A stretch of DNA of 64,000 nucleotides from Patescibacteria group bacterium (GTDB lineage Bacteria; Patescibacteriota; Microgenomatia; UBA1400; PJMF01): positions 825,696 through 889,695 of the forward strand of contig BOKR01000001.1 in assembly GCA_016861085.1 (NCBI GenBank). Direction: 5' to 3'. Positions 17,250 through 26,057 of the stretch are shown piece by piece. How positions within the stretch are numbered: position 1 is the stretch's first letter; every line of letters starts with the position of its first letter. The position numbers and the translations under genes are program-made. A model generated the notes under the pieces. That model worked only from the letters and a program-made list of their open reading frames with translations. It was not told where the DNA came from and ran no database searches.

Positions 17250-18872
17250 ATGTCGTTTCAATATTTGCAACCTCAACAACATTACGAAGATCGCTATGAC
17301 GTTGGCACGATCAAAGAGTGCTTAAGAGTTTTAGACATGGTTAATGGTATTGGTGAAAAAATGAAACTTGAGCCAAAGCTTCAAAGCTATCCAGAGTCAG
17401 AGCAAGATCGGAACATGGGGTTATTCAGGGGCAGGATGCTCTTTTTCATTCAGGCTCAAAGACATAAACACAGGGCATCAACGATTGCTGAGTGGATGGA
17501 GTCTGATCGCCTTAAACAGGATAAGCAAGACAACACGCCAGCTCCTAAAGCTAACTGTCCTGAGTGTGGAGGTGCTATGACTGATGATGGCTCTCACCAC
17601 TTAATTGATTGGGATGACGATAAACCCATGAGGGTGCTATTCACCTTCAACTGTCCAAAATGCAAAAAGCGACAAGGTGTGTATGACGATGGCGAGATCT
17701 ATGTTTCCAAATCTGACTTCTGTCCTGACTGCAAACAAAAGCTAGAGAGGAAAAGCAGTAAGAAGGATGAAGTCGTTACTACACGCTACAACTGTAAAAG
17801 CTGTGGCTACTCAAATAAAGAGACTTGGGATTTGAAGAAAAGCGATGAAGAACATAAGAAATGGCGAGAAGAACATTCAAAAAAAGAGATGGAAGATAAG
17901 CAACTGTTGGAGAAGTATCGAGCCGAATTTTGTCTATCTAATGAAAAAGGCAAAGAATATGCTGAAACCCTCGAAGCTCTGGAAGTTGCTCAGGAAGTAA
18001 AAGAAGAAGTTTTGGCTGAAATGGATACACCAGCTCATGAAAAGCTGTTATCAGTAAATAAAATCGCAATCACTGACTTAGAGGCTTTAGTGAATAAAGC
18101 ACTGGAAGAAAGTGGTTTCACTCGCCTGTCTATTGGTGAACCAGACATCGATCGTCATGTGTTAGTGCCCTTCACTGTTCAAGAAACTAAACTCAAACGA
18201 CGAGATCGGGAAAGTGTTGCTGATTTGTATGAATTGCTGAAAACTGCTCTAAATGATACCAACTGGCGAGCACCGAAAGATTTGATTACTTACCGCTTGG
18301 GATTTCTCAGCGGCAAGCTCAAAGGCTATGAATCAGAAGATGACCTGCTTAAACTCTTTGGCAAAGAAGAGCCAAAGAAACCCAAGTCAAAGCTTGATCC
18401 AGAGTTTAGAGCTAAGTATGAGCACCACAACCTCGTACAACTAGCCAGAATGGACGCTGAATACATTGCGACCAAACGTATTAGGACTCGCAGACTGAAA
18501 GATGAACCAGACGGTTTCTTCCTCAATGATGGTGGCAGAGGTTACACCTGTGGAATTTGCAGAAGATCACAAAATGGTGAAGACATTTGGTGGCGACCAG
18601 ATGGTTTGCGATGCCGAGACTGCTGGAGAAATATCCAAGAAGGTGTCATCCCTGTTCTTGATCTAGATAAAGAGTGGTGGGAGGAAGAACACTTTGATAA
18701 GTATGACGTTGAAAAAAGAGGTGTGAAGCCATCATCGATCAAAAAATTGAGACGAGAAGGTGTTTTAACTGGAAGAGATTTGAAAGATGCGAATGGAAAC
18801 AAGTACTTGACGGTTTTTTTGGTGAGTGAGAATCAGAAATTTATTAAGGACTACCCCAGAAAAGAGAGATAG
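17250..18872 (+). CDS. Hypothetical multi-zinc-ribbon protein
   Basis: At least five CxxC pairs (CPECGG, CPKCKK, CPDCKQ, CKSCGY, CGICRR...CRDCW) separated by charged coiled-coil-like segments. Confidence 0.4.
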   Translation: MSFQYLQPQQHYEDRYDVGTIKECLRVLDMVNGIGEKMKLEPKLQSYPESEQDRNMGLFRGRMLFFIQAQRHKHRASTIAEWMESDRLKQDKQDNTPAPKANCPECGGAMTDDGSHHLIDWDDDKPMRVLFTFNCPKCKKRQGVYDDGEIYVSKSDFCPDCKQKLERKSSKKDEVVTTRYNCKSCGYSNKETWDLKKSDEEHKKWREEHSKKEMEDKQLLEKYRAEFCLSNEKGKEYAETLEALEVAQEVKEEVLAEMDTPAHEKLLSVNKIAITDLEALVNKALEESGFTRLSIGEPDIDRHVLVPFTVQETKLKRRDRESVADLYELLKTALNDTNWRAPKDLITYRLGFLSGKLKGYESEDDLLKLFGKEEPKKPKSKLDPEFRAKYEHHNLVQLARMDAEYIATKRIRTRRLKDEPDGFFLNDGGRGYTCGICRRSQNGEDIWWRPDGLRCRDCWRNIQEGVIPVLDLDKEWWEEEHFDKYDVEKRGVKPSSIKKLRREGVLTGRDLKDANGNKYLTVFLVSENQKFIKDYPRKER

Positions 18873-18902
18873 ATTGATCCATATATAACTCGCTCTTTAC
18901 TT

Positions 18903-18921
18903 TTTACGCTTTGTGCGTAAA
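18903..18921. promoter_or_regulatory. Perfect 7-5-7 palindrome TTTACGC-tttgt-GCGTAAA, candidate LexA/SOS operator 10 bp upstream of the lexA ATG
   Basis: Read directly from sequence. Confidence 0.45.
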
Positions 18922-18930
18922 ATAGTGCGT

Positions 18931-19551
18931 ATGAATAAGAATCTGACTTCTAAACAGAAGCAAGTTTTGGCTACGATCATCGATTTGACTCAAAAATTAG
19001 GTACTGAACCTACGTTGGAGCAAGTGAGACATCAGCTCGGTTATAGCAGTACAAGTTCTGTTCAGCGACATACTGATGTGTTGAAAGAAATTGGTTATTT
19101 GAGTCAGGGTCGTGGCTTGTCTCTACCATCAGCCGATAATTTTGTTCAGATTCCATTGGTTGGTAACGTTGCCTGCGGAACTCCATTACTCGCTTTGGAA
19201 AACACAGAAGCTTATATTCCTTTTGACTCATCCTCGCTCAAAGGAAGTGCTGAGGACTATTTTTTTCTGCGAGCGGTTGGTGACAGTATGAACAATGCCA
19301 ACGTGAATGGAAAAAACATTGATGATGGTGATTATGTGCTGATCAAAAAACAGGACTATCCTTCATTCGGTCAAAGAGTCGTTGCCCTGATTGGTGAAAA
19401 CGCTACCATTAAGAAACTAAAGCAAGGTGATGGTCATATCATCTTAGAACCTGAATCAACGAATCCAAATAATAAACCAATATATGTTTTTGAAGACTTC
19501 TCGGTGCAAGGAATCGTGCAAGATGTTCTTAAAAGAGAAAGAACAAAATGA
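18931..19551 (+). CDS. lexA: LexA-family repressor (wHTH + S24 peptidase)
   Basis: N-terminal LexA DNA-binding domain. S24 catalytic Ser in AVGDSM and Lys in ATIKKLK. The alternative GTG start at 18913 would cut into the palindrome. Confidence 0.85.
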   Translation: MNKNLTSKQKQVLATIIDLTQKLGTEPTLEQVRHQLGYSSTSSVQRHTDVLKEIGYLSQGRGLSLPSADNFVQIPLVGNVACGTPLLALENTEAYIPFDSSSLKGSAEDYFFLRAVGDSMNNANVNGKNIDDGDYVLIKKQDYPSFGQRVVALIGENATIKKLKQGDGHIILEPESTNPNNKPIYVFEDFSVQGIVQDVLKRERTK

Positions 19552-20534
19552 GCACCTACACACTTGATGACTTTATTGTTTCGCCATCTATAACTAACTC
19601 AGATCTCCTCTCTTACGCCAATTCGCATGTAAACTTACCCTCTGACCGTGCCAAAGAGCATAGAGATCAAGCCAATATCCTTCGAGAAAAACTAGAAAAA
19701 TATATTGATGAACATCCCGATTACAATTTAGTTAAAATGCTTCACTCAGGGAGTGTTGCAAAAGGTACTGCACTTAGACAAGTGAACGATATTGATGTAG
19801 CTGTTTATGTTAGAGCTGCTGAAGCACCTGAAACTGGTTCTGGGCTCACGCTCTGGTTACTAGATCGTCTTCAAGAGGTGTATCCCAACTTTGATAATGA
19901 TCAATTCCAACCTCAGGATCACTGCATTACGATTAATTATCGAAGTGGCTTAAGTGTGGATGTAGTACCAGTACTTTACGAAGGGGACGCGGACAATAAA
20001 GGTTACCTTATTACCAAATCTGGTGAGAAGGTACTGACTAGTATTTCACGCCATCTTGATTTTATACGCAAACGTAAGGGCTTACATCCAAATCACTACG
20101 TTCAGTTGATCAGGTTTATTAAGTGGTGGGTCAGGAGACAAAAGGACTTGAATCAAGATTACAAGTTCAAATCAATGATGGTTGAGCTTATTTGTGCACA
20201 CTTAGTTGATAAAGGTCTTGAGCCTTCCAACTATATTGAAGCTCTTCAATCTTTTTATGCTTACATCGTAAGAACTGGATTAAAAGAGCCAATATATTTT
20301 GGAGACTATTACAATCCAAAGTCTATAACACTAACTGATCTCCCTATCCAGATTTATGACCCCGTAAATCCAGAAAATAACATTGCACACAAATATACGG
20401 AGTTAAATCGACAGTTAATTGTTAGCTCAGCAGTAACAGCTCTTAACGCTATAACAACTGCTGCTAATAGTACCACTCAAGCAGAGGCTGTCAGCATGTG
20501 GCAAAAGGTTTTTGGTCCAACATTTAGGAAATAA
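19548..20534 (+). CDS. cGAS/DncV-like nucleotidyltransferase (CD-NTase) of CBASS
   Basis: GSVAKGTALRQVNDIDVAV (GS...GTA...DhD) plus third Asp in SVDVVPV. 328 aa. The start overlaps the lexA stop (ATGA). Confidence 0.75.
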   Translation: MSTYTLDDFIVSPSITNSDLLSYANSHVNLPSDRAKEHRDQANILREKLEKYIDEHPDYNLVKMLHSGSVAKGTALRQVNDIDVAVYVRAAEAPETGSGLTLWLLDRLQEVYPNFDNDQFQPQDHCITINYRSGLSVDVVPVLYEGDADNKGYLITKSGEKVLTSISRHLDFIRKRKGLHPNHYVQLIRFIKWWVRRQKDLNQDYKFKSMMVELICAHLVDKGLEPSNYIEALQSFYAYIVRTGLKEPIYFGDYYNPKSITLTDLPIQIYDPVNPENNIAHKYTELNRQLIVSSAVTALNAITTAANSTTQAEAVSMWQKVFGPTFRK

Positions 20535-20537
20535 GGT

Positions 20538-21050
20538 ATGTCATACAGTCAAACGTTAACCAATACATCTACATTTACACTCTCTGATGCTAAGTATTTA
20601 GCTTCTCGCATTGCTACGGATCTCACCCAAATGAGATTGCTGTATGGTAAGCCTACTGAGCAGCGTGTCCAAGATTATGCGATTGAGGCAGCTATGTTGC
20701 TAAAGTTTGGCCTTCTTAGCTCAGTGAAGTACGGCTTCCAACTAAACGGAAACTGGATATACGCCATTAATTATTCTGTAAATTATTTAGGACAACTGCA
20801 AACAACAAACGATGATCCTGGAGACATTCCCTCTGCCGAAGGTGTGGCTAACGCCACCTGGCACTCATTTTTAACGACACGTCATAACTCAGACCTAAGT
20901 CAAACCGAGCTCGATTCTATTAATAGTCAGTTACCAATTTCTCGGAATAATGGGGATGAGCCTGGTTCTAACCATGGCACTTGGGTGACTGAAAAAACAT
21001 ATTCAAAAAATGGTGTCGCAATGACGCGTAGTTATTTTAGGAGTTCATAA
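20538..21050 (+). CDS. HORMA-like protein (CBASS Cap7-like)
   Basis: 170 aa. Position between CD-NTase and AAA+ ATPase. N-terminal segment LSDAKYLASRIATDLTQMRLLYGKP resembles the HORMA N-terminal SAExV...ILYQRGIYP pattern. Confidence 0.4.
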   Translation: MSYSQTLTNTSTFTLSDAKYLASRIATDLTQMRLLYGKPTEQRVQDYAIEAAMLLKFGLLSSVKYGFQLNGNWIYAINYSVNYLGQLQTTNDDPGDIPSAEGVANATWHSFLTTRHNSDLSQTELDSINSQLPISRNNGDEPGSNHGTWVTEKTYSKNGVAMTRSYFRSS

Positions 21051-21964
21051 TGTCTGATCAGATTTTTGAAATTGTTAGAACCTATCCTGACCCTGTTGCT
21101 CAAAAACAATATGACAATCTTGTAGGTATAGATCATATAAAAAATAGGCTCAAAATTGAGGCAGCTGTTATTTTAAATCCAGCAGGGATTACAACTTGGA
21201 GTGAATCTTTTTATAAAAAAGAAGTGGAACTGGTAAAGGTTTTAAAACAGAGACCCCCGCTATTTATTTTTGCAGGGGATGTGGGTACTGGTAAAACAGC
21301 TCTTGCAGAATCATTTGCTAATGAAATAGCTAACACTGAAAAGGTTAATATAACTCTATTTAAACTCAGCCTTAGTGCAAGAGGATCAGGCATTGTTGGT
21401 GAAATTACCAAACTAATTAGTGAATCATTTGATCAATTAAGAAAAGAGGCTCAATCTCTAAGTGGTTCAAAATCAACTTTGATCTTTTTTATTGACGAGG
21501 CAGATGCTTTGGCACAGTCAAGAGAGGCATCTCAAATGCATCATGAAGACAAAGCTGGCGTAAACGCATTGATTAGAGGTATAGATTCAATCAAGGATTT
21601 GCCAATCCCAGTACTGGTTATCATGTGTACTAATCGTCATAGCTCTATTGATCCTGCTATTAGACGTCGTAGTGCCGTCACCTTCGAATTTTCAAGACCT
21701 TCTCAGGAACAGTGTTTTTCCTTATTCAAAAGCTATTTAACTGAACTAAGCATTACAGATGAAGAGATAAAAGAAGCAGTGAGTATGTGTATCCCATATG
21801 ATGGTTTGAGCTATGGATACACTTATTCTGATTTAACACAGAAAGTTCTTCCTTCTCTGCTTCTCAATTCATACCCTGATAATCCTGTTACTTTTGAGAC
21901 TTTAACAGAAGTAATTAAAACAACGCCACCAACAACGCCATTTAATGAATATCAAGGAAGCTAA
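21050..21964 (+). CDS. TRIP13/Pch2-like AAA+ ATPase (CBASS Cap6-like)
   Basis: Walker A GDVGTGKTALAE, Walker B IFFIDEADAL, and sensor/arginine region CTNRHSSIDPAIRRR. 304 aa. Start overlaps the previous stop. Confidence 0.65.
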   Translation: MSDQIFEIVRTYPDPVAQKQYDNLVGIDHIKNRLKIEAAVILNPAGITTWSESFYKKEVELVKVLKQRPPLFIFAGDVGTGKTALAESFANEIANTEKVNITLFKLSLSARGSGIVGEITKLISESFDQLRKEAQSLSGSKSTLIFFIDEADALAQSREASQMHHEDKAGVNALIRGIDSIKDLPIPVLVIMCTNRHSSIDPAIRRRSAVTFEFSRPSQEQCFSLFKSYLTELSITDEEIKEAVSMCIPYDGLSYGYTYSDLTQKVLPSLLLNSYPDNPVTFETLTEVIKTTPPTTPFNEYQGS

Positions 21965-21967
21965 AAT

Positions 21968-22690
21968 ATGAACAAAATTGATTTGTCTGAATTATTTGAG
22001 TCCCTACAAAAAACACTATTAAGTGAGTTAGAGGTTAGTAGTTCTATTACGCACCCAACAACACATGGCGATGATGCTGAACTTAACTGGACAAATGTTC
22101 TCAAGAGTTTGCCAAGTCGATATAAAGTAAACCGTGGGTTTGTTGTAGACAGCCATGGGAATCTGAGTGAGCAAATTGATGCAATCATTTATGATAATTA
22201 TTACTCGCCGCTAATTTTTAATAGAGAATCAACTATTTATGTACCGGCTGAAAGTGTTTATGCAGTCCTAGAAATTAAACCTGAGTTATCTAAGGACACC
22301 TTGGAATATGCTGGTAAGAAAGCCAAATCAGTTCGAGATCTACAAAGAACTAGCATGGCAGTTCGTCAAATTGATGGCTCATATAAAAGTAGAGAGTTAC
22401 CTACTATATTGTCTGGACTTCTGACAGCCAAATCCAGTTGGTCTCCAGCATTTGGAGATAGTTTTAATGGTGCTTTAACTACCCTGACTGACTCCTCAAG
22501 GATTGATCTAGGTATTGCTTTGCAAGATGGCTCTTTTAATTTTTCACAGCAAGAAGATGGTGCTTTCTTGGTGAATACAAGTCCTAAAGAAACAGCACTA
22601 ATTAGCTTCTTTATAAATTTAACCAAAAGACTTCAAATGCTTGGAAATGCTCCAGGTATTGATTTGGACACCTATTTTAAATGTTACTAA
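21968..22690 (+). CDS. nucC: NucC-like PD-(D/E)xK endonuclease effector
   Basis: 240 aa (NucC is about 241 aa). D71 (SEQIDAIIYD) and E102-x-K104 (VLEIKPE) match restriction-endonuclease-fold spacing. Last gene of the operon. Confidence 0.55.
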   Translation: MNKIDLSELFESLQKTLLSELEVSSSITHPTTHGDDAELNWTNVLKSLPSRYKVNRGFVVDSHGNLSEQIDAIIYDNYYSPLIFNRESTIYVPAESVYAVLEIKPELSKDTLEYAGKKAKSVRDLQRTSMAVRQIDGSYKSRELPTILSGLLTAKSSWSPAFGDSFNGALTTLTDSSRIDLGIALQDGSFNFSQQEDGAFLVNTSPKETALISFFINLTKRLQMLGNAPGIDLDTYFKCY

Positions 22691-22716
22691 CTTAATTAGT
22701 TTGTACAAATAAAACT

Positions 22717-23475
22717 ATGAGTAATAGTGATATTTCAAATTTTGATCACAGAGTTGATGGTACTGATTCAAACTCCATCCCATCAGCTCAAGTGTCGTTT
22801 AGAGGCAAGACATTATCTTTTTCCAAACCAAGCATTACGGCAATGTTTTTAGACTACTCCTATGTCATGTGGTTTACAAGCCAAAATAGCTACATAGAGC
22901 ATAAATTTCTAAAAGAAGCTGATCAAAATGATATTTCGATTCAAGCGGGTCTAGATGAATTTCAGTTATTTCATATTTTAGAGCAAAAAATGGCCTGCAT
23001 TATTTTTGCATATACTGCGCTTGAAGCTTTTGCAAATAGCCAAATACCTGATGATTATGTCTATATAAACAACCGTTCAGACAAAAAATGCTTCGAGCAG
23101 TATTCAAAAAGTCAAATAGAGAGATTTATTAGTCTAGACACTAAGCTCGGAGACATCCTGCCTGAAATCTTGGATTTGGCTAGTCCCAAAGGCACAAGTA
23201 CCTGGGAGAAATATCTAAGTCTAAAGAAATTACGAGATGAAATCATTCATTGCAAATCAGCTCCGACAACCCAAGAAACTAACCAAATTTTCAAAGATCT
23301 TTTTAGCGAAACAGTGATAAATCCTTGTTTAGAGGCAAAAGATATTATCGGTTATTTTTTAAATTCACTCAAGCCAGATAATCAACCCATGTGGTTTAAG
23401 GAATTTTATAAAGTTGAGCGTGAAACACCAAAAAGCTTTTTTGATTGGGCAGATTCACCTGCTGCAGATAAATAG
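22717..23475 (+). CDS. Hypothetical protein with HEPN-like Rx4H motif (possible RNase/abortive-infection effector)
   Basis: KKLRDEIIHCKS contains R-x4-H. 27 nt downstream of nucC on the same strand. Confidence 0.3.
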   Translation: MSNSDISNFDHRVDGTDSNSIPSAQVSFRGKTLSFSKPSITAMFLDYSYVMWFTSQNSYIEHKFLKEADQNDISIQAGLDEFQLFHILEQKMACIIFAYTALEAFANSQIPDDYVYINNRSDKKCFEQYSKSQIERFISLDTKLGDILPEILDLASPKGTSTWEKYLSLKKLRDEIIHCKSAPTTQETNQIFKDLFSETVINPCLEAKDIIGYFLNSLKPDNQPMWFKEFYKVERETPKSFFDWADSPAADK

Positions 23476-23586
23476 GTCAAATTAGATCATTATTAAAACA
23501 AGACACACCCTTTTTATAGTGTCCCATTTGTCCCGTTTTTGCTAAAATTACCCTGGAAGCCCAATTCTGGAATGGGACAGTTATAA

Positions 23587-23620
23587 CGACGCACGGGTTC
23601 CAGACCCGGGTGCTCCGCAT
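23587..23620 (+). repeat. Copy 1 of a 34 bp direct repeat (GACGyACnGGTTCCAGACCC...TGCTCCGC) resembling a tRNA-Ser T-arm/acceptor 3' end; forms hairpin CGGG-TTCCAGA-CCCG
   Basis: About 30/34 identity to the copy at 24485-24518. Similar to the 3' ends of the tRNA-Ser genes in this window (GGGTTCGAAtCCC...CTCCGCCA). Confidence 0.45.
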
Positions 23621-23676
23621 CCTAGGATTCGAACTACAGTGACGACAACTTATATAATACCGAATTTGAAAGTACT

Positions 23677-24123
23677 ATGAAAATTGCAGTAACATTTTCC
23701 ACTCTGTCTGGGAATACAGCTTTAGTAGCCAACGATCTTATTGAGTATCTAGAAAATAAGGGTCACGAGACAAAACTATTTGATGCCATGAATGTGGATG
23801 CCGACCAACTAAAAGAGTATGAATTAGTTTTCTTTGGTAGTTCTACTTACGGAGACGGAGAGTTAAATCCTATCACTGAAATATTTCTCTCTACCGCAGA
23901 TCAGAAAAATCATAACTGCAACAATACCCACTTTGCTTTTTTTTCATTAGGTGACTCCAGTTATCCTATTTTTTCATCAAGTGGTACATTAAGCAGTGAG
24001 AGAATTGCTAAAATGCATGGAAATATTATTGAACCTATTCTTCAGATTGATGGCTATCCAAACCAAGATACATTCCAAAAATGTAAGCAATGGGCCGAAA
24101 CTATACTCGATCAAATGAAGTAG
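23677..24123 (+). CDS. Flavodoxin
   Basis: MKIAVTFSTLSGNT...FFGSSTYGDGEL flavodoxin signature. Confidence 0.8.
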   Translation: MKIAVTFSTLSGNTALVANDLIEYLENKGHETKLFDAMNVDADQLKEYELVFFGSSTYGDGELNPITEIFLSTADQKNHNCNNTHFAFFSLGDSSYPIFSSSGTLSSERIAKMHGNIIEPILQIDGYPNQDTFQKCKQWAETILDQMK

Positions 24124-24144
24124 GGTTTGTGGTAGAATACAACC

Positions 24145-24474
24145 ATGGCAGATACAATATACAATCTAAAAATATCACCTCATACACTAAAAAAGATAGT
24201 TGAATATCAAAGTGGCTCTATCGTAAGTAGAGAACTTATTAAAACCACAAAAACTACCATTACTGCCTTTGCATTTGCTCAAGGCCAAGGTTTGAGCGAG
24301 CACACAACCCCTTTCACTGCTTTTGCACAAATTCTAGAGGGAGAAGCCAGTATCTCAGTTGATGGAAAAAAGCATGAAGTTAAAGAAGGTGAGGTACTTA
24401 TTTTACCAGCAGATACACCTCATGCACTGCAAGCAGTAAAAGAATTCAAGATGTTGCTCACTATGGCTAGATAA
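24145..24474 (+). CDS. Cupin-domain protein
   Basis: Cupin motifs (ILEGEASISVDGKKHEVKEGEVLILPADTPHAL). Confidence 0.65.
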   Translation: MADTIYNLKISPHTLKKIVEYQSGSIVSRELIKTTKTTITAFAFAQGQGLSEHTTPFTAFAQILEGEASISVDGKKHEVKEGEVLILPADTPHALQAVKEFKMLLTMAR

Positions 24475-24484
24475 ATTGAGTATA

Positions 24485-24518
24485 GGACGTACTGGTTCCA
24501 GACCCACATGCTCCGCCA
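24485..24518 (+). repeat. Copy 2 of the 34 bp tRNA-3'-end-like direct repeat, ends CTCCGCCA
   Basis: See copy 1. Confidence 0.45.
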
Positions 24519-24551
24519 TTGCACAAAATGCTGATCAATTATCTGTAAGTC

Positions 24552-25631
24552 CTAAAATCCCATTTTTTCTAGCTCACTCAAGTAGCCAATAAGGTTGGGA
24601 TGTTGAACATCAATACTGCTTCTATCAATTAATGGCCTCTGACTTACTCTTGGGTCTGCTTCTCTTTTATTAAATTCTTGCTTCCACTCATTCAATATCT
24701 GCGGAAATCTATTTTTTAGTATTGATAAAAACCTGATCATCATTGGAAGATAAATTTTGTCTTTTTCGGTTTTTTGTTTTGAATATTCAAGATCGGAATT
24801 GTTTGCACTCCAATCTATTCTTGGCCAATTTCTTACACTTAAGGCTGTCCTGAGATCAATAATCATGTCACCCAAACTATAAGAATTATTTCCTCTAAGG
24901 TGAAAATCTAATACACTGAATCCTTCTTTTTGGTCATATAAAAAATTTGACGGCTTGGGATCAATAATCAGTCCTCGATTATAAAGATCTATTGCTGTTT
25001 CTATAAGTTGAACGATATGTTTGTCAGAATACTCTGGTGCTTGATCAGGTAAAAACTTCGTAACATCAGTTCCTGGAAGTAAATCCATAATTACCACACC
25101 ATCCTCAAAAGAGTAAGCAATCAGCTGAGCTACATGCTCTATTCCCTTTGCCCTTAACAATGGCTTAATTTCAAAATTTTCTTGCGTTATTGACTTGGAA
25201 AATTTTGCAGCATAAAACTTCCCATCAACTTCAATTTTAAATGCTGAGCCGTTGCTACCAGAATTCAAGAAACCTGGAATTTGGTTATAGTCGGATTGAC
25301 TCATTTTTGTTTTGAGTTCGTGAATTACAGGTTTAAAAGTTGTGTTGTATTTTATTATATTTTGTTCTCTAAATTCAATTTCCCCTCTCTTTTCTCTTCG
25401 AAGAAAATGTATGTAAGATTCTCTATTTTTTTCAATAATCTCAACCAATTCAGCTGGTAAGTCTGAAGGTAGATTATTTAAATCAGTTATCTTAGCAAGC
25501 TCGGTTGAATATTTAAGCAGACTTCTCTGTAAATTAGAAAATTCTTCAACACCTCTATCTGCATAAGCTTCTGCTTGTGCTTGTAATCTTTGTTCAGACT
25601 TAGGTAAAAGACCTTGTTCATTAGAAATCAT
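24552..25631 (-). CDS. Atypical protein kinase-like protein
   Basis: Gly-rich loop GSNGSAFK, beta3 Lys YAAKF, catalytic loop IIDPKPSNF (cf. HRDLKPSN), DFH (cf. DFG). Confidence 0.5.
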   Translation of the reverse strand: MISNEQGLLPKSEQRLQAQAEAYADRGVEEFSNLQRSLLKYSTELAKITDLNNLPSDLPAELVEIIEKNRESYIHFLRREKRGEIEFREQNIIKYNTTFKPVIHELKTKMSQSDYNQIPGFLNSGSNGSAFKIEVDGKFYAAKFSKSITQENFEIKPLLRAKGIEHVAQLIAYSFEDGVVIMDLLPGTDVTKFLPDQAPEYSDKHIVQLIETAIDLYNRGLIIDPKPSNFLYDQKEGFSVLDFHLRGNNSYSLGDMIIDLRTALSVRNWPRIDWSANNSDLEYSKQKTEKDKIYLPMMIRFLSILKNRFPQILNEWKQEFNKREADPRVSQRPLIDRSSIDVQHPNLIGYLSELEKMGF

Positions 25632-25740
25632 AGATAATCCTTAAGTATTAAAAATACTATACTATTTAATGTTTCAAGTTTCACCCCAGTTTTTATTGAT
25701 GTCAGTCCAACCACTTTCTTTCTAGATTTTATGCGATACA

Positions 25741-26022
25741 ATGCGAATTAGTAGTAAAAGTATAGGAATTATTATGAAAAAAATAATAGAAGCTACCGAG
25801 GAAACTCAAGCAAGTAAACCAAAAAGTAACCTAGAGAAAGCGCAAATAGAACTAGCAAACCTTTTGCTGCACTCAGAAGGAATTGTTCATCCCGCTGAGA
25901 TCAATTTTGTAGAAGATTTGCCTAAAGTCCTTACAAAGTACAGAGCTGAATTATTCCTACGTAAGCATAATATTAATGAAGATACTATTGCGGACATTAT
26001 GAATAGAGCATATGGAAGTTAA
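25741..26022 (+). CDS. Hypothetical small protein
   Basis: ORF only. Confidence 0.3.
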   Translation: MRISSKSIGIIMKKIIEATEETQASKPKSNLEKAQIELANLLLHSEGIVHPAEINFVEDLPKVLTKYRAELFLRKHNINEDTIADIMNRAYGS

Positions 26023-26057
26023 ATAATCAGGGTCATCCATTCAACACAACCATACCC

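Noticed and set aside
23560-23640. A tRNA gene at R1 (GGGTTCCAGACCC...CTCCGCA and GATTCGAAC nearby)
   Set aside because: A full cloverleaf could not be built on either strand. Treated as a tRNA-3'-end-like repeat or remnant.
1534-24518. Declaring the whole 1.5-24.5 kb segment a single intact prophage
   Set aside because: No capsid, portal, tail or lysis genes. The content is packaging remnant plus defence cargo, and the boundaries are not demonstrable from sequence alone.
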